A stretch of DNA of 64,000 nt from Basidiobolus meristosporus CBS 931.73 (GCA_002104905.1 MCFE01000017.1:1-64000), one strand, 5' to 3'; counted from the stretch's first letter, positions 21,118 through 34,232 are shown. Numbers and translations: made by a program. The notes: generated by a model from the letters alone, not told the origin.

Positions 21118-22939
21118 TAGTTGTTGCTGTTGTTGCAATGTCTGCAAGAGGTTGGCGATGGCGCTAAAATCGATATTCCCCCCGGCGCCAAGTAAGGGAT
21201 TCAACAATGCATTGCCGGCCACATTCTGATCTTGAGCTGGCTGGGTCGGCGGCTGTGCTGTATGCTGAATAGGTGGTTGCTGTACTGCACTGTCTGCAGC
21301 TGGATAGTTACCGAGAGGTTGTGCAGCTTGTCCCCCGAGGGTCTCTTTATGGCGCATCATCACTGCTAGAGCTTCTTCCACACTGACGTTGTCATATGCT
21401 GCGATCAAAAATTTAAGAATAAATACCGTGGGAAACAGCCAGCCAACAAGCTACATTCAAGTAATCATTACCATCAAATTTGACATTATCCCCCACTCGG
21501 GATTTCTGGTCGAATACTTGCAGCGAAACCTTTTGCATTACTTGATGCTGTTTCTCAATGAAGATTACGGCGTGAACTCCCTCTAGGATCATTTGTCGGA
21601 TCACTGATCGAAGCGATATTTTTGGTGAAATGAACAAGGTGTCTACAGAAATGGAGCTCCCACGGAGGCTGTTTTCTACATGCCAAATAAACTGTCTAGA
21701 AGAGAGTGAGTATGTAAGTGCTGACAAGTGAAGAGGTTTCCCTTACCTATCTATCTGGTCCAATACAATAATTTGGCAAAATGGTATTTGGTCACCAAAG
21801 CGTCTAGGAAGTAAGAACTCGGATTCCTCAGGAGCACCCGGATGAGCACTAGGCGGATCTGCGGAAGCAGCAGGGCCAGTAGGCGGTCTGCTTTGAGGAT
21901 TGTAAGATGGATCAGAATAACCGGAGTGGTAGGAAGGATCCTGGCGAGGATAGTGCTGATATTCGCCATCATGAGATGGATCGTCATATTCTTCATGATA
22001 AGGCTCCCGGCCATAAGGTCTATCATCGCGATAAGGGCGCGAATCGTACTCTCTGTCGTATGGTCTGTGTCTGAAACACTCTCGCCCACGTCCTGGCCCT
22101 CCTCTACCCCTAAAGGGCTTTGGTTCGTAGTTGTGGTCCTCGTAACGGTCTTTGAAGAAGGGAGGTTGGTCAAAGCCGCGGCCTCTTCCTCTCGCCCTTC
22201 CACCACGTGCTCTTCCGCGTGCTCCTCGACCTCTCCCTCTTCCGCGGAAAGGAGGCCCTTCAAAGCCACCCCTTCTGAAGGAGTGACCCCCTCGACGATC
22301 TTCATGTCTGCCAGGTCGGCGATGTGGTTCAAAAATTCTTAGGTCTATACGCAGCATAGTATCAATATCACGGACATTAAGGCAAACACGTGTCTATGAC
22401 AACCAACCTATACGTAGTCCTTGTATGGGTCTTCCATTTTCATTCGCGATTGCGTCGCCGCATGCCTCCGCAGTCGCGAATTGAATCGTCCCGAAAGACC
22501 GCTTGATCATGATGTCAACTATTTCACCGTAAACGGAAAATATCTTGTGCAGCTCATGCTTTGAGGTTCTCTCTGAAGCCAAATTCCCGATGAAGAGTTT
22601 TGACCCAAACGGAAACTCATCCTCACGATCATGATCGTGATACTCCGCTGGTGAAAATTGGCGCTGCCTACATTATCAAAGACATATTTAAGAGCCTGAT
22701 CAGGTTAAGCAAAAGCTTTTCTAAGTACCCGTGAGAATCCATGTGGCCACCGTGTCCTGTTCGAAAGGATTAGTGCTGGAATTTGTGGATAGAATACCAT
22801 TTGCAAACGCACCTTCATCTTGACCCCCGGGATGGTTTTCCCCATAATTTATGTCATCGAAAGAACGATAATCGCCCCCACCGTATGAAAAATCTTCTGG
22901 GTCGTATGGAGCTGAGTCTGGATTATATTCTTCACTCAT
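20344..22939 (-). CDS. NAB3: Nab3-like RNA-binding protein (RRM, RGG/low-complexity region, NCOA5-like alpha/beta domain, Q-rich tail), multi-exon
   Basis: RRM KLFIGNLASERTSKHELHKIFSVYGEIVDIMIKRSFGTIQF. Domain QIIVLDQIDRQFIWHVEN..ILEGVHAVIFI. PolyQ tract and terminal helix VNELLSKLRELQ as in Nab3. Confidence 0.75.
21085..21135 (-). repeat. CAA/CAG trinucleotide tract encoding polyglutamine in NAB3
   Basis: Encodes QQQQQLQQQQQQQQQQQ. Confidence 0.9.
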
Positions 22940-23362
22940 AGTACAATATGAACAGAACAAAGTTGTTCAAGGAATGTGAATAGTAAGTGACAATTTGTCT
23001 GTAAAGATGTCCTTAACTCTTATTCGTCAGAAAAAAAGGTTCCGTTCTATGGATTAATATATGATCTAATTCCGATTTATGACTAAACCTCTGGCCATGA
23101 TGCTATCCACATGAATCAGTTTGAATGGTGGGGGAGGGGAAACAATAGGCATTAGCATTCAACCAGCAGAATCATCAAAATCCCATTAATCAACTATGTA
23201 CAAAAGCTGCCTAAACGCCACTTGAGTTATCGACAAAAATAGCACGATTTCCACACTCCTTGCTTACCTCTACGGCTCTGACTAAACAGATTGAGAAGTT
23301 CGTAAGGTTTGGCGATAACTCGACCTGTCAACAGAAGTGTAGATTGTTACATTCAATACTAG

Positions 23363-26300
23363 ATGAACTCGCAGCAGTATGTATTTGGAAAGTTCTCTTT
23401 GAGTCCATTGATACACTATATTTCACGACAATATAAATGTTAATGTTTGAATCAGCAATAGTACAGGCGGTTCGGCCGTGCCAGAGAGTTTTAATTTACC
23501 CAGAGAGCCTGAGGATGAAGAGGCCCTTAAAGCTATTTCACGTTATGAGGATTTTGCTACAGTTGGTATGGCCATTTATTAGAGAATTTAGGGTGGACTC
23601 AATGTTAACCATCTGTTAGACTGGATCCAGGACGCTAATATGGAGCGCTCTCGTCGACAAAAGCTTGTGAGTGGTCTGGATAGCTCGTGGAAATCGTGGT
23701 TATGGCTTTCTTTTGAAGCCGGACAGGCATGGGTAGTGGCTTTACTTGTCGGTAGGTATTCTTGTTACTCTGTGAAGCTAGAAATATATCCCCTACATAT
23801 GAAAGTATATATTATAAAAATAACGCTTACCCAACACTCTTCTATTTAGGATGTACCGTTGGATTAAACGCGGCGCTTATCAATATTATATCGGAATGGT
23901 TAAGCGATGTGAAGCTGGGATACTGCTCTACTGGATGGTGGCTTAATCAAAAATTTTGCTGTTGGGAAGTAGAAGATGAGAGTAAGTTCAAAACACACCC
24001 TCCAATACTTGAAGGGCATCACTAACGCTATGTTGAATAGCCGGCTCTTGTGCCGATTGGTATGACTGGAGCATGAGGTTGAATTTTCCTCGAGACTTGT
24101 TCTTTATCAACTGGGTTTTTTATATTATGTTTGCGGTAACGATCCCCAACTTTTTCTTTTGGTGAACAACTGCTAAAGACAATCCATGCAGTCGCTTTTC
24201 GCATTTGTTGCCGCCTTTTTGGTGAAATCATACGCGCCATATGCCGCCGGATCAGGAATTTCTGAAATCAAAGTTATTTTGGGTTAGTTACACACCGTAC
24301 ACTGCTCACTGCTAGTGATCAACCGCTGAAACTGGGTTTACTTGGATCTTTAGGTGGATTTGTTATCAAAGGGTTCCTCGGCTTGTGGACAGTAATTATC
24401 AAAAGTCTGGGAGTGGTAAGTTTGACATCATTCGATCAAGTTATACTAATATTAATGGCTTACCTTATGTAAGGCAATGGTAGTCGCCTCTGGTCTGAGT
24501 GTAGGAAAGGAAGGGCCTGCCGTTCATATTGCATGTTGCATCGGAAACGTAATATCTCGGAACTTTAGCAAATTCAAGCACAACAAAGGTTTGCCCAATT
24601 TTTAAACCATGTAGAGCACCCTTAGCTTAACCTAGTTTCTTCAAAGCCAGGAAACGAGAAATATTATCGGCCGCTTCTGCAGCTGGCGTAGCTGTCGCTT
24701 TTGGCTCACCTATCGGTGGAGTGTTATTCTCATTAGAGGTAAGTCCCGAAATAACCATCCTAAGCGCTGTAGTGTGCTTTAACTTCAAACATACTTCCAT
24801 AGGAAATCAGTTCCTTTTTCCCACTAAAAACATTATGGAGGACCTTTTTCTGCGCCCTGGTCTCGACGGTTACCTTACAGGTAAAACATTATGGTAACCT
24901 ACAAGAGGCCTCAAGATACTAAAGTGAAATTGCATCAACGCCTTAAGGCTATCAACCCATTTCGTACCGGCAAATTAGTCATTTTCGAAGTAACCTACAA
25001 TCGTGACTGGCATTTTTTCGAGATTTTCTGGTTCATCCTTCTTGGTGTATTTGGGGTAATTTTATAACGCTTTTCTATTCCGTTCTTGCGGGCTTTGGTT
25101 AAACCGCAATATGTATCCAACTTCTCAGGGTCTTTACGGAGCACTCTTGACAAAGCTCAATCTTATTGTCGCAACTTACCGTCGTAAATACCTGCGCGAC
25201 TATGGCGTGCAAGAAGCAACAATCTTGGCATTCGTTACTGCGGTTATCGGATATTTCAACATCTTCATGAGGTAAACTCTTTCCACCTAACCTGACATTC
25301 AGCCATTGATGTCGCTAATCTGGGTCCTCATAGAATGGATATGGGGGAAATGATGTCCATCTTGTTCAAAGAATGCGAAGAAGGCGACTTTTATGGGCTT
25401 TGCAAGTATGTCTGTTTTGGAGCAGATGACACCGAACGACGTTTTAATTGACTGTTTTTCAGACGACAACAGATTGGCAGTGTGATGAATTTGCTATTTT
25501 GGGCCACAATATTACGGATATGCCTTTGCATAATATCGTATGGAGCCAAGGTATGTGTTTTTAATCATTACCATGGATTGCTCTTGCTAATTGAGTTAAT
25601 CAATTTCAAGGTGCCTTGTGGTATTTTCGTTCCATCAATGGCTATCGGTGCCTGCTTCGGGCGATTTGTAGGCATGGGTGTTCAAGCATTACATCAGTAT
25701 GTGTTACGTCCTTTCGTGACTCGTATCTCAACAGTCTTCTAAGTAATATTATGTTATCTAGCAATTACCCCTCTTTGCTCATGTTTTCGACATGTCAACC
25801 CGATGTTCCTGTAAGATGGCGAAGTATCCATTGGATTTACCACTTAAACTTACGATTTCTTGGTGACAGTGTATCACTCCGGGAACATACTCTTTCCTTG
25901 GTGCCGCCGCAGCTCTTTGGTAAATGGCATCTTGACTATGATCCATGTTTAACTGTCTTATTGAACATATGATTTCTATGTTGCTAGCGGAGTAACAAAA
26001 ATGACGGGTAAGTTTTGGCAATTCACACGTTGGAGCAAAATCACTAAAGTGATATATAGTGTCCCTGGTGGTTATTATGTTTGAGCTGACGGGTGCCCTG
26101 ACTTACATTGTACCCACAATGGTACGCCTTATTGATTAATTTTGTTATCAACGCGGTGGCTAAGCTACTTCACAGATTACGATTATGGTCACCAAAGCTG
26201 TCGGGGATCTATTCATGACCGGAGGGATATATCCTTTTGCCATAAAAAGCACCATAGAACTGCTGTATTTGCGAATGATGTTGACCAATTGTCCTTAACT

Positions 26301-27283
26301 TCCATTACAGCAGACCAAATGATTAAGCTTAACGGTTTTCCGTTTCTTGATAAAGAGGATCATCTATTCGGCATCTCCGGTAAAGCGTACATAATGTATT
26401 CGCAAAGAGTTACACACCCTAAGAATATCCTCGTGTACTTCTAGTATCACAGGTTATGGTTAGAGATCAGACAGTGTTTGCGTCCACAGGAATGAGACTT
26501 GAAAACATTGGTAATTGGCAGAATAACAAGACTATTTGGAAGTCCAATGAAATTAATCACTGAATCCGCTTTACAGAGCAAATATTGGAAGAGTGTAGCT
26601 ACAGCGGTTTTCCCATTGTTGAAACCCGCAAAAATATGAAATTAACCGGATTTATATCACGGTCCGAACTGACGTATGCGATTGGTAACTGATTCATACG
26701 TTTTTTAGTGATAACCTTGGATACTAACCTGTTGCTACAGAAAAAGCAAAACGAACGAGATCGATCAGCCCATCCGCCTACTGTTTCTTTAGTACTGAAG
26801 ACCACAACCCTCCCGCTGAAATCGAAGGCAACTCATCCGCTTTTATTGACTTTGGCCCATGGATTGATCAGGTATTTTTCCGCTTTGTTTACTCTATTTG
26901 TTGCGTGCCATGTCTAACTGTAGTTGGATAACAATCTAGACTCCGTTTACGGTTCACCCTAAGCTTCCTCTGGAGACGGCCATGGATTTGTTCAAGAAAA
27001 TGGGGTAATATATGCATTATCCTTTCATGTTAACTTCGTAGGTTAATCATTTTGCATATGTATCATGGTTAGCCCTCGAACGATTCTGGTCGAGCTAAAT
27101 GGAAGACTGGTTGGACTGTTGACCAAGAAAGACGTCCTCCGAGCTGTGCACACCAAGCCTGTCGAAGATCCATTGCTTCCATCAAGACCGGAAGTGCATC
27201 GCGGGATGTCGGCTGACTCCTCATCTGCATATTTTTTCAGCGACTCCGAAGTAGAATTGGACACCCTCGCACCACGACACTAA
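23363..27283 (+). CDS. GEF1: CLC chloride/proton antiporter with CBS domains (Gef1/ClC-3-like), many short introns
   Basis: Spliced motifs [67 protein letters not shown] and GLLTKKD. Proposed micro-exon start ATGAACTCGCAGCA|gt at 23363. Confidence 0.9.
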
Positions 27284-27482
27284 CTCGATACTAGCTGAAA
27301 GTTGGTCACATTGCCAGTTTGACCATTGCATCCCTCACCCTATTCATCGAGGAATAAAATGGAATTGTATATTTTGTCGAGCAACCAGAAGATCTTCGTC
27401 TCGCGGATAATTTGCACTAAGGGCCTCCGAATAAAGCCCAGTCCGGTTTTTTCTTGCATAAATCGGTTTACAACTAATTTTT

Positions 27483-27496
27483 GATTTTTTTTTCAC
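27483..27496 (-). promoter_or_regulatory. RRPE-like motif (GTGAAAAAAAAATC) upstream of GAR1
   Basis: About 115 bp upstream of the GAR1 ATG. Similar G-A(8-10)-TT motifs occur at 29865, 32133 and 42422. Confidence 0.35.
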
Positions 27497-27610
27497 CTCA
27501 GTTGGGTCTTTTTTTTTCGTGGACTAATATGACAAAGTGACACACAATGAATTCCTTTTCGTTTGCGCGTTTTGGACATCCTTTGAACAAAACCTTAAAA
27601 ATTATACAGC

Positions 27611-28249
27611 ATGTCTCGTGGTGGATTTAGCCGTGGCGGTAGAGGTGGTTCTCGTGGTGGTCGTGGTGGTTACGGTGGCCCTATGGGTCCCCCTGACCGT
27701 GTTCTCGAAATGGGCTCTTTCATGCATGACTGTGAGGGTGATATGGTTTGCAAGTCCATCAACCCCAAGATCCCATATTTCAACGCCCCTATCTACTTGG
27801 AGAATAAGACACAAATCGGCAAAGTCGATGAGATCTTGGGTCCCATCACCGAGGTGTTCTTCACTGTCAAGTTGCAAGACGGCATTGTAGCCTCTTCTTT
27901 CAAGCCAGAAGATAAGGTCTACATTGGCGAAGACAAGCTTCTGCCCCTCGAGCGCTTCTTGCCCAAGCCCAAGACCACCGGAGCTAAAGGTTAGTATTCG
28001 AAGTGGTATTACATGGAATATATATATATATATTACACATACTAATGATCGTATATAGTTGCCAAGCGTGGTGGCCGTGGTGGTGCTACTCCTCGTGGTG
28101 GTCGTGGCGGCTTCACCCCCCGCGGTGGCCGTGGTGGTTTCACTCCTCGCGGCGGACGCGGCGGTTTCACTCCTCGCGGTGGACGCGGCGGCTTCACCCC
28201 CCGTGGTGGTCGTGGTGGCTTCACTCCTCGTGGACGTGGTCGCTTCTAG
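27611..28249 (+). CDS. GAR1: H/ACA snoRNP subunit Gar1, 2 exons (intron 27990-28058)
   Basis: Core [59 protein letters not shown] flanked by RGG boxes. Confidence 0.97.
28067..28228 (+). repeat. Six 27-nt coding repeats, RGGRGG(A/F)TP, in the GAR1 C-terminus
   Basis: Units differ mainly at synonymous positions. Confidence 0.9.
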
Positions 28250-28614
28250 ACAACTCTTATTAAGAGCTTTTACGGTAGAACATATATTTCAGTCACTCCA
28301 GCCACGATCATGCACTACTCTTCTTCAGCCTGGTCTATTGTGAACACTTTTTAAATTTCGCTTGATATAAAATTTCTTCTGGTATTCTTCCCGTTTCAAG
28401 AGAACTCCGAATTTTAACCTGTCAACTGTGTATATTGACGATCGAATCCAATGTCGATTCATGGCCATAGAATAAAGTGATACATCTCGGTACTTCTTCC
28501 TGAATTCTTACATCGTTTATTTGTTGGGAGTGTCTATAGCTAGTGGGCCACTCAGTGTATAAATAAGTAGGATTTATGGTACATTGTATTTGGTGAGAGC
28601 ACATAAGGTCAACC

Positions 28615-29769
28615 CTAATCATCCAAAACCTCTCTGGTTTTCATCTCACGCTGCTTGAACGTTCTCTTGATGGGCACCACATCATCCTCGTCCAGCTTGC
28701 GCTTCTTCTTTTCTTGAATGCCCTTGATGATCTTGGCCTTCTCGACATTTTCAACGTACATCTTGTTCTCCTTGCGGGCCTGAGAAATCTCTGCGCGTAG
28801 CTTTTGCTCGCGAACTGCCTTCTCATATGCTGTGAAAAGAGGGTTAGCGCCAATATAACGATGTGAAGCTAGGGGTCAGCCTACCGATTCTCTCAGTCAG
28901 ATGGTTCCACTTGAACTTGGGCAGATACTTGATATTCCAGATATCGTCATAATAATAGCTACCTTTCTTCCCGCCTGTTGAACCAAGTGTTAGTGTTATG
29001 AGGCCATATGAATCCGATGGTGTGCTTCTGCCTCATACCAATGATGTTTCCGTTCAGAGTGAGCGCGGCAATCTTGGCAAACTTCTTGTTCTTGAACTCC
29101 ACCCAGCCTTCTGTGAACTTCTTCTTCTTGTTGCCACCGTACTTCTTTCTACGTTGATAAACCTTGTGATCTATGGGACGTTGAGGTTAGTACTGGCTTG
29201 GCATCGTCGTAACTGAACACCATGAAAGTACCTTCTGGGGCAAGGTAAATCCGGCCAATCTCTCCAAACTTTGTAAGCAAGTGTCTTATCTTTTGGGGTT
29301 TCATGAACGGAGGGATGGTTGATAGGTAGACGAGTCCAGTTTTGTCTGCCGCTTTTTGGAAGGACTCTAATTCCTCTTTGCTAATAGGTTTCACCACCTT
29401 CTTCTTGCTAGCGGTTGGGATGTTAGACGGTTCACCAGAAGCCTCGACTGATTGACCAACACTATCCTCTTCCACCTGGTCGTCCTCATTCTCAAGCTCT
29501 TCCTCGATGGCTTGGGCTTCTTCGTCGCTACCGCTTTCGTCGTTTTCACTCCATTCTTCCGAGTCGGAATCGGATGTAACATTCTTTCGAGCCGAAAATT
29601 GCCTGGATTTGCTTTCATTGTCGTCAATTGAGCCGTCGCTTTCCTCAGCTTCCTCTTCCTCGAGGTTGTGAATGGAAGCGAATACCTGCTTGTTCTGCTC
29701 ACTCTCAGCCTCGGCGGAGCGTTTTGCTTTGGTAGAGGTGGAGAGCTTCTTACTTGTTCCTTTGACCAT
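28615..29769 (-). CDS. ESF2: Pre-rRNA processing factor Esf2/ABT1, 4 exons
   Basis: GLVYLSTIPPFMKPQKIRHLL..FGEIGRIYLAPE, FTEGWVEF, GGKKGSYYYDDIWNIKYLPKFKWNHLTE. Confidence 0.95.
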
Positions 29770-30128
29770 ATTGGAGGAGTTTACTTTCAAGGGCTTGAAC
29801 AACCACTAACTACAAACCCGAAGGAGCGGCCGCTGATTCCTCCACGAACGTCATTATATCCGCTGAATTTTTTTTCTTCTAGCAAAATTCCAACCTGTGG
29901 AAAGTGGCGTAAAACCTCGCATAAACAGGTGACTAAATGACACCTTAATCAATCTAGTCCAACACCCGAACGCATTGGGATGGTCAGGCAGGAAAAAAAA
30001 AAGCATCATCCTTTTTTTAGAGGTTTCTTTTTTTTTCCCGTTGTCTTTTTTCCAGCGGACTTTTTTTCCCAATACTTATCTTTGTGCAATTTACTTTGCT
30101 CGTTAAAGTTTTCGGAATATCTACGACC

Positions 30129-30659
30129 ATGGCCAAAGAGAAGAAATCAAAGAGCGTCGAAACTAGCGAAGAGGTTGAGGTTCATCCCGATGCCATCTCT
30201 CCCATTGCCAAGCCTATGGCCGAGAAGAAGCTCTCCAAGAAGCTTTTGAAGGTCGTCAAGAAGGCCTCCAAGAAGAAGCATGTTAAGCGCGGAGTCAAGG
30301 AAGTCGTCAAGGGACTTCGTAAGGGCGAGAAGGGGTAGGTGTATTTTCGTGTTCTTCCGAATCTTTGTCAGTCTTTCTCATGGTCACCTTTTCTCGTGTT
30401 AGTTTGGTCGTTTTCGCTGGTAACGTCTCCCCCATGGACGTTTTGAGTCACATTCCAGGTTATGTGCGAAGACGCTTCTGTGCCTTACTGCTTCGTCCAA
30501 TCCAAGGAAGAGTTGGGAACCGCCGCCTCTACAAAAAGACCTACCTCCGTCGTCATGATCGTTCCCGGAGGAAAGACTGGCAAAGATGATCTTGAGGACT
30601 ACAAAGAAGTATATGATGAGTGCTTCAAGACCGTTAAGGGCCTTGAAATCGAAGCTTAA
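30129..30659 (+). CDS. NHP2: H/ACA snoRNP subunit Nhp2 (L7Ae family), intron 30335-30401, apparent +1 frameshift at 30458
   Basis: SPIAKPMAEKKLSKKLLKVVKKA..VKRGVKEVVKGLRKGEKG-LVVFAGNVSPMDVLSHIP / VMCED..VPYCFV.SKEELG.A..TKRPTS. One extra G lies between CCA and GTT. Confidence 0.93.
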
Positions 30660-31063
30660 ACGTGTTCACTGTTCGCCGACAACTTATTTCGTTTATGTTT
30701 TCCCTCACTACTGGTACACTGAATTGTAAATTACAAGTGCTCTACATTCTATGATATACTTTCCAACTTGTAGTAATCTTGGTGTGGATCACATTCTACA
30801 TGGTTAGACCATTTGTTTCTTTTAGACTTTTACTAGAACATTGTTATCTTGGTAAAGGAAAATTCTTGAATAAAGCAATTTGATAAAATCTCTGTCTTGC
30901 CAGCCGAACATCCAAATGATGAGTGGTACGCATTACCTAGCGGTGTCTTTAGGTCAAGTGAGTTGCAATTGCTTGGCTTTTATTTCACAGCAAACATGGT
31001 GAATGAGGATATGAACAAGCTGGTTTCTACTAAATCACTTAAATCCCGTCTTGTTTATATAAT

Positions 31064-31780
31064 TTAGAACTTCAAAGCATGGGGAGCTTGACCCTTACGA
31101 AGAGAGAAGGAAGCGTTCAAGTAAGAACGGAGGTGGGGAACTTGGCTGACGGCAGCCAAGATCTCTTTGTCGACCAACTTTTGGTCAGCAGAGCGAGACT
31201 CGGAGATGACCTTCTTGGGTTGCTTCTCATCGAAGAATTCTTCCTCAGTCTTGGAGGCCTTGGAGGTCTTCTCCTTCTTGAAGTAGGCATCATCGAACTT
31301 CTCGTCGACGGTAACGTTGCTCAAGTCAACCTTGGTGGAGGTGGCAAGGACGTAGGCTTGGTTGACACGTCTGAGGGGAACACCGTTGACCTTGTAGGGA
31401 CCAGTGACCAACAACAAACCGGAAGCAAGTTGCTTCAAGAAGACAACTCTCTTTCCGCGGAAACGACCGGCCAAGAGGACGAGGACGGTTCCGGGGGTGA
31501 TGGTGGCACGAAGCTTGGTGGGCTTGGCGGACTTGCGGGAAACCTTAGGTTGGGCAATATCCTCAGCAGGGTACCAGCGAGAAGCCTTGTTCAAGGCAAC
31601 AACACGTTCTTTTCCATTCTTCTCACCGTTGACTTGGACAGTCTTGGTAGTGGCAGGAGCAGCGGCGGACTTCTCGGCGGCAACCTTTTGCTTCTTGTAA
31701 AGGGCACGCTTGGAGAAGGCGCTGGAGCGGGAGAGGCGGGTAACACCAGGAGCAATGAAAGAGTTACGGGGTGCGTGCAT
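31064..31780 (-). CDS. RPL6: 60S ribosomal protein L6 (eL6)
   Basis: [56 protein letters not shown]; highly biased codon usage. Confidence 0.98.
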   Translation of the reverse strand: MHAPRNSFIAPGVTRLSRSSAFSKRALYKKQKVAAEKSAAAPATTKTVQVNGEKNGKERVVALNKASRWYPAEDIAQPKVSRKSAKPTKLRATITPGTVLVLLAGRFRGKRVVFLKQLASGLLLVTGPYKVNGVPLRRVNQAYVLATSTKVDLSNVTVDEKFDDAYFKKEKTSKASKTEEEFFDEKQPKKVISESRSADQKLVDKEILAAVSQVPHLRSYLNASFSLRKGQAPHALKF

Positions 31781-32267
31781 CTTTAACCACTAGTTAGAAA
31801 GACAAGGTTAGTGCTACTCGTGGACAATCATGTATTTCGTTGAAAATTGGATGTATGGGTTGGCTGTTGCTGAATGGATTACTCAAGCTACTCTCTTCAG
31901 CAGATGATGTGCAGTGAACGAATCCAAGCATACTCGCCCAAAATAACCACATATGCACTCATGAATTCCCAAGGATATTGAGTATACTCACCAGTTATGG
32001 AGTATCAACAAAGACCGCTCTTGTGTGGATGGAGGAGAGAGAGAATCAACAAATTTTATGAAAGACATTTATTCCTCCAGTCACTCGGCATCAGAAGTGC
32101 GCATTCTCATCACCAATCAGCAATGATATGATCGAAAAAAAATTGATTTCTCCTGACTGAAAATAGCTGTGGATTTATTAGATTCATTACTGGATTTATG
32201 GGATGTGTACGGATGATATACATTTGACTAGGTTCCATCATTAAATATGCAAGTATCAGCAGGCAGA

Positions 32268-33542
32268 TTAGCGTGGCTTTGGCTTGGTCTCGTTGTTGGT
32301 TACCTGCCTGATGAATATCGAGTCGCTAGGTGTTGATTCCAGCTCGCCTTGTTCGAATGTATAAGACGAGGCAATTGCTAGGAGGGTCCCGTCACAATTG
32401 AATGCCGTGCTGGCGATGGAAGTGGGGTATTTGGAGTATTGCTTGATACGCTTCTTGCTCCACCAGTCCCATATATTAACTGCCCCGTCACCACCTCCCG
32501 AAGCAAAGGTTCCATGACTGCATAAAGGATGTTAGCCGTTGATTCAGGCGCATTAGGACCAACGAAACTTACACCGGGTGAAAGGCTATGGTGTTCACAG
32601 GATAGATATGGTCCACACCATCGATATTTTGCCGGTGGCATTTAAATGCATATTTGTGAGCCTGGGTGTCCGCGGATGGGTCGAAGAATTCGACAGCAAT
32701 TCGGCCTTCAATCGAAGTTGTCACATATCCTGCAAGAGATGTGAGTAACGAAAATGAGGTTCAATGGTCCAAGTAGGGGTATTACCTTCTCCGTTAGGCA
32801 TGCACTTAACGCAGCGCGTGCTCAGCTTCAAAGAGCTCTCGCGTTTTTGCAGAGGAGTGTCGGGTTGGCGGATATCGTGGATATAGATTTGTCGTTCAGA
32901 GAGGCCAGCCACGATCGTGTTGCCTGTCATATCCATGGAAAACACCTTGTGGCCCAGATCGTAACTTCCCACCAGAGCTTTTGAAGACCGTGGGTCCCAG
33001 AGCTTTATGGTTTTGTCCCAAGAGCCGGATACGACCAAATCTAAGAATTTCCGTTAGCGTTTGTGCAGTCAAGGGTAAAAGCACCCTTCTGGCATACTTG
33101 TCTCACTGCAGAATCGAACGCATTTTACCGGCGCCTCGTGGGTACCCAGGGTCATCGTGGCATCATCCTCACAATCCCAACTAAAGTGCGCAACCGGGAT
33201 ATTCGTTAATAAACTTGAAAGCTAAAGGGCAAAGATATCACCATACAGCCTGACACTCTCATCCAAACCTCCAAGCAACACTGTTTTAGGATTAACAAAG
33301 CAGCCATCAAGAATGGGCGTGTTAAAGTCCCGTCTTCTTAATATGACGTTTTCTTGGACATCGTATAGTGTGGCGGTCTGAAACAAAGTCGGGATAAATA
33401 TTTAGGGAATCGCAAGAAAATCACTAGATCGTACCGAGTCCCACGATGTTGTCAAAAGGTGGTGTGGGTGGGTGGGTCCAAACGTAGTGGAAGTAATTCC
33501 ATCCAGTGGGGGATTCTCTATTTGATATTCGGGCTTCAGCAT
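32268..33542 (-). CDS. BUB3: Spindle checkpoint WD40 protein Bub3, multi-exon
   Basis: [94 protein letters not shown]. Confidence 0.92.
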
Positions 33543-33875
33543 GGTCTTGCGAAAGGAATCTTTAGAGCAGCCATGGCAATAAGGTTTGGTCATTAATTTG
33601 TGTTGTTTGTTTACATCTTTGATTTGGATCCAATTTGCTGTCACAAATGCAAAATGGTTGCCGATCTGATGCTGACCAAACCAATGTCAGGCTGGAAAAC
33701 GCTCAAAATTTCACATGAATCCTAGCTTCCAAGTCAAAGCACCTGCAACGAAAACTATGTATAGAATCACCAATGCGAATGTTGATGAGCAACTAAATGA
33801 GAAGCCATTTTTATTGTTCATGTCTGTTTGATACATGCGTACGCTTGAGAATTGTCAAAGTTCTAGATAGGCTAT

Positions 33876-34232
33876 CTAAGATTCCATCAATTCGCGAAGA
33901 CGACGAACTGTGCTTCTAACGGTAGCGGCAGCAGTAGTGGAAACGGTCCAAGCACCGCCAGCCATAACCTTACGGCAGCCACGGCATTCCCAGATACCAA
34001 CGGATTGGCGCTTCACAGCGTCCTTACCGCAGAAGGTGCAGGTGTATTTTGCGTGTTGAGTGATTTCCATCTTCTTGACTTGCTTACGGAGGGAAGCACC
34101 ATAACGAGTACCGTACTTACCGACGACTCCAACCTTTTTAGTACGCTTGGCCTACAAGTACACGGATGTTAGTCACAGTGCTTTGGATGGATGGTTTCAT
34201 TCCACTTGGGCGATAGGATGAGTACTAACCAT
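33876..34232 (-). CDS. RPL43: 60S ribosomal protein L43/L37a (eL43), 2 exons
   Basis: [48 protein letters not shown]. Confidence 0.98.

Noticed and set aside
21751-22342. Alternative-frame and antisense ORFs (193 aa, 166 aa) inside NAB3
   Set aside because: By-product of GC-rich RGG/low-complexity coding sequence.
28042-28224. Periodic (VKPPRPPRG)n ORF and a regular 27-nt repeat that could be mistaken for a CRISPR-like array
   Set aside because: It is the antisense of the GAR1 RGG repeats. There are no unique spacers and the variation is mostly synonymous.
30916-31010. Box C-like ATGATGA between NHP2 and RPL6 (candidate C/D snoRNA)
   Set aside because: No box D (CTGA) at a suitable distance and no terminal stem seen.
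31079-31786. 235-aa antisense ORF over RPL6, and similar antisense ORFs over RPS5 (44352-44876), LSC2, ELP1 and ThrRS
   Set aside because: Shadow ORFs explained by strong codon bias in conserved genes; no recognisable domains.
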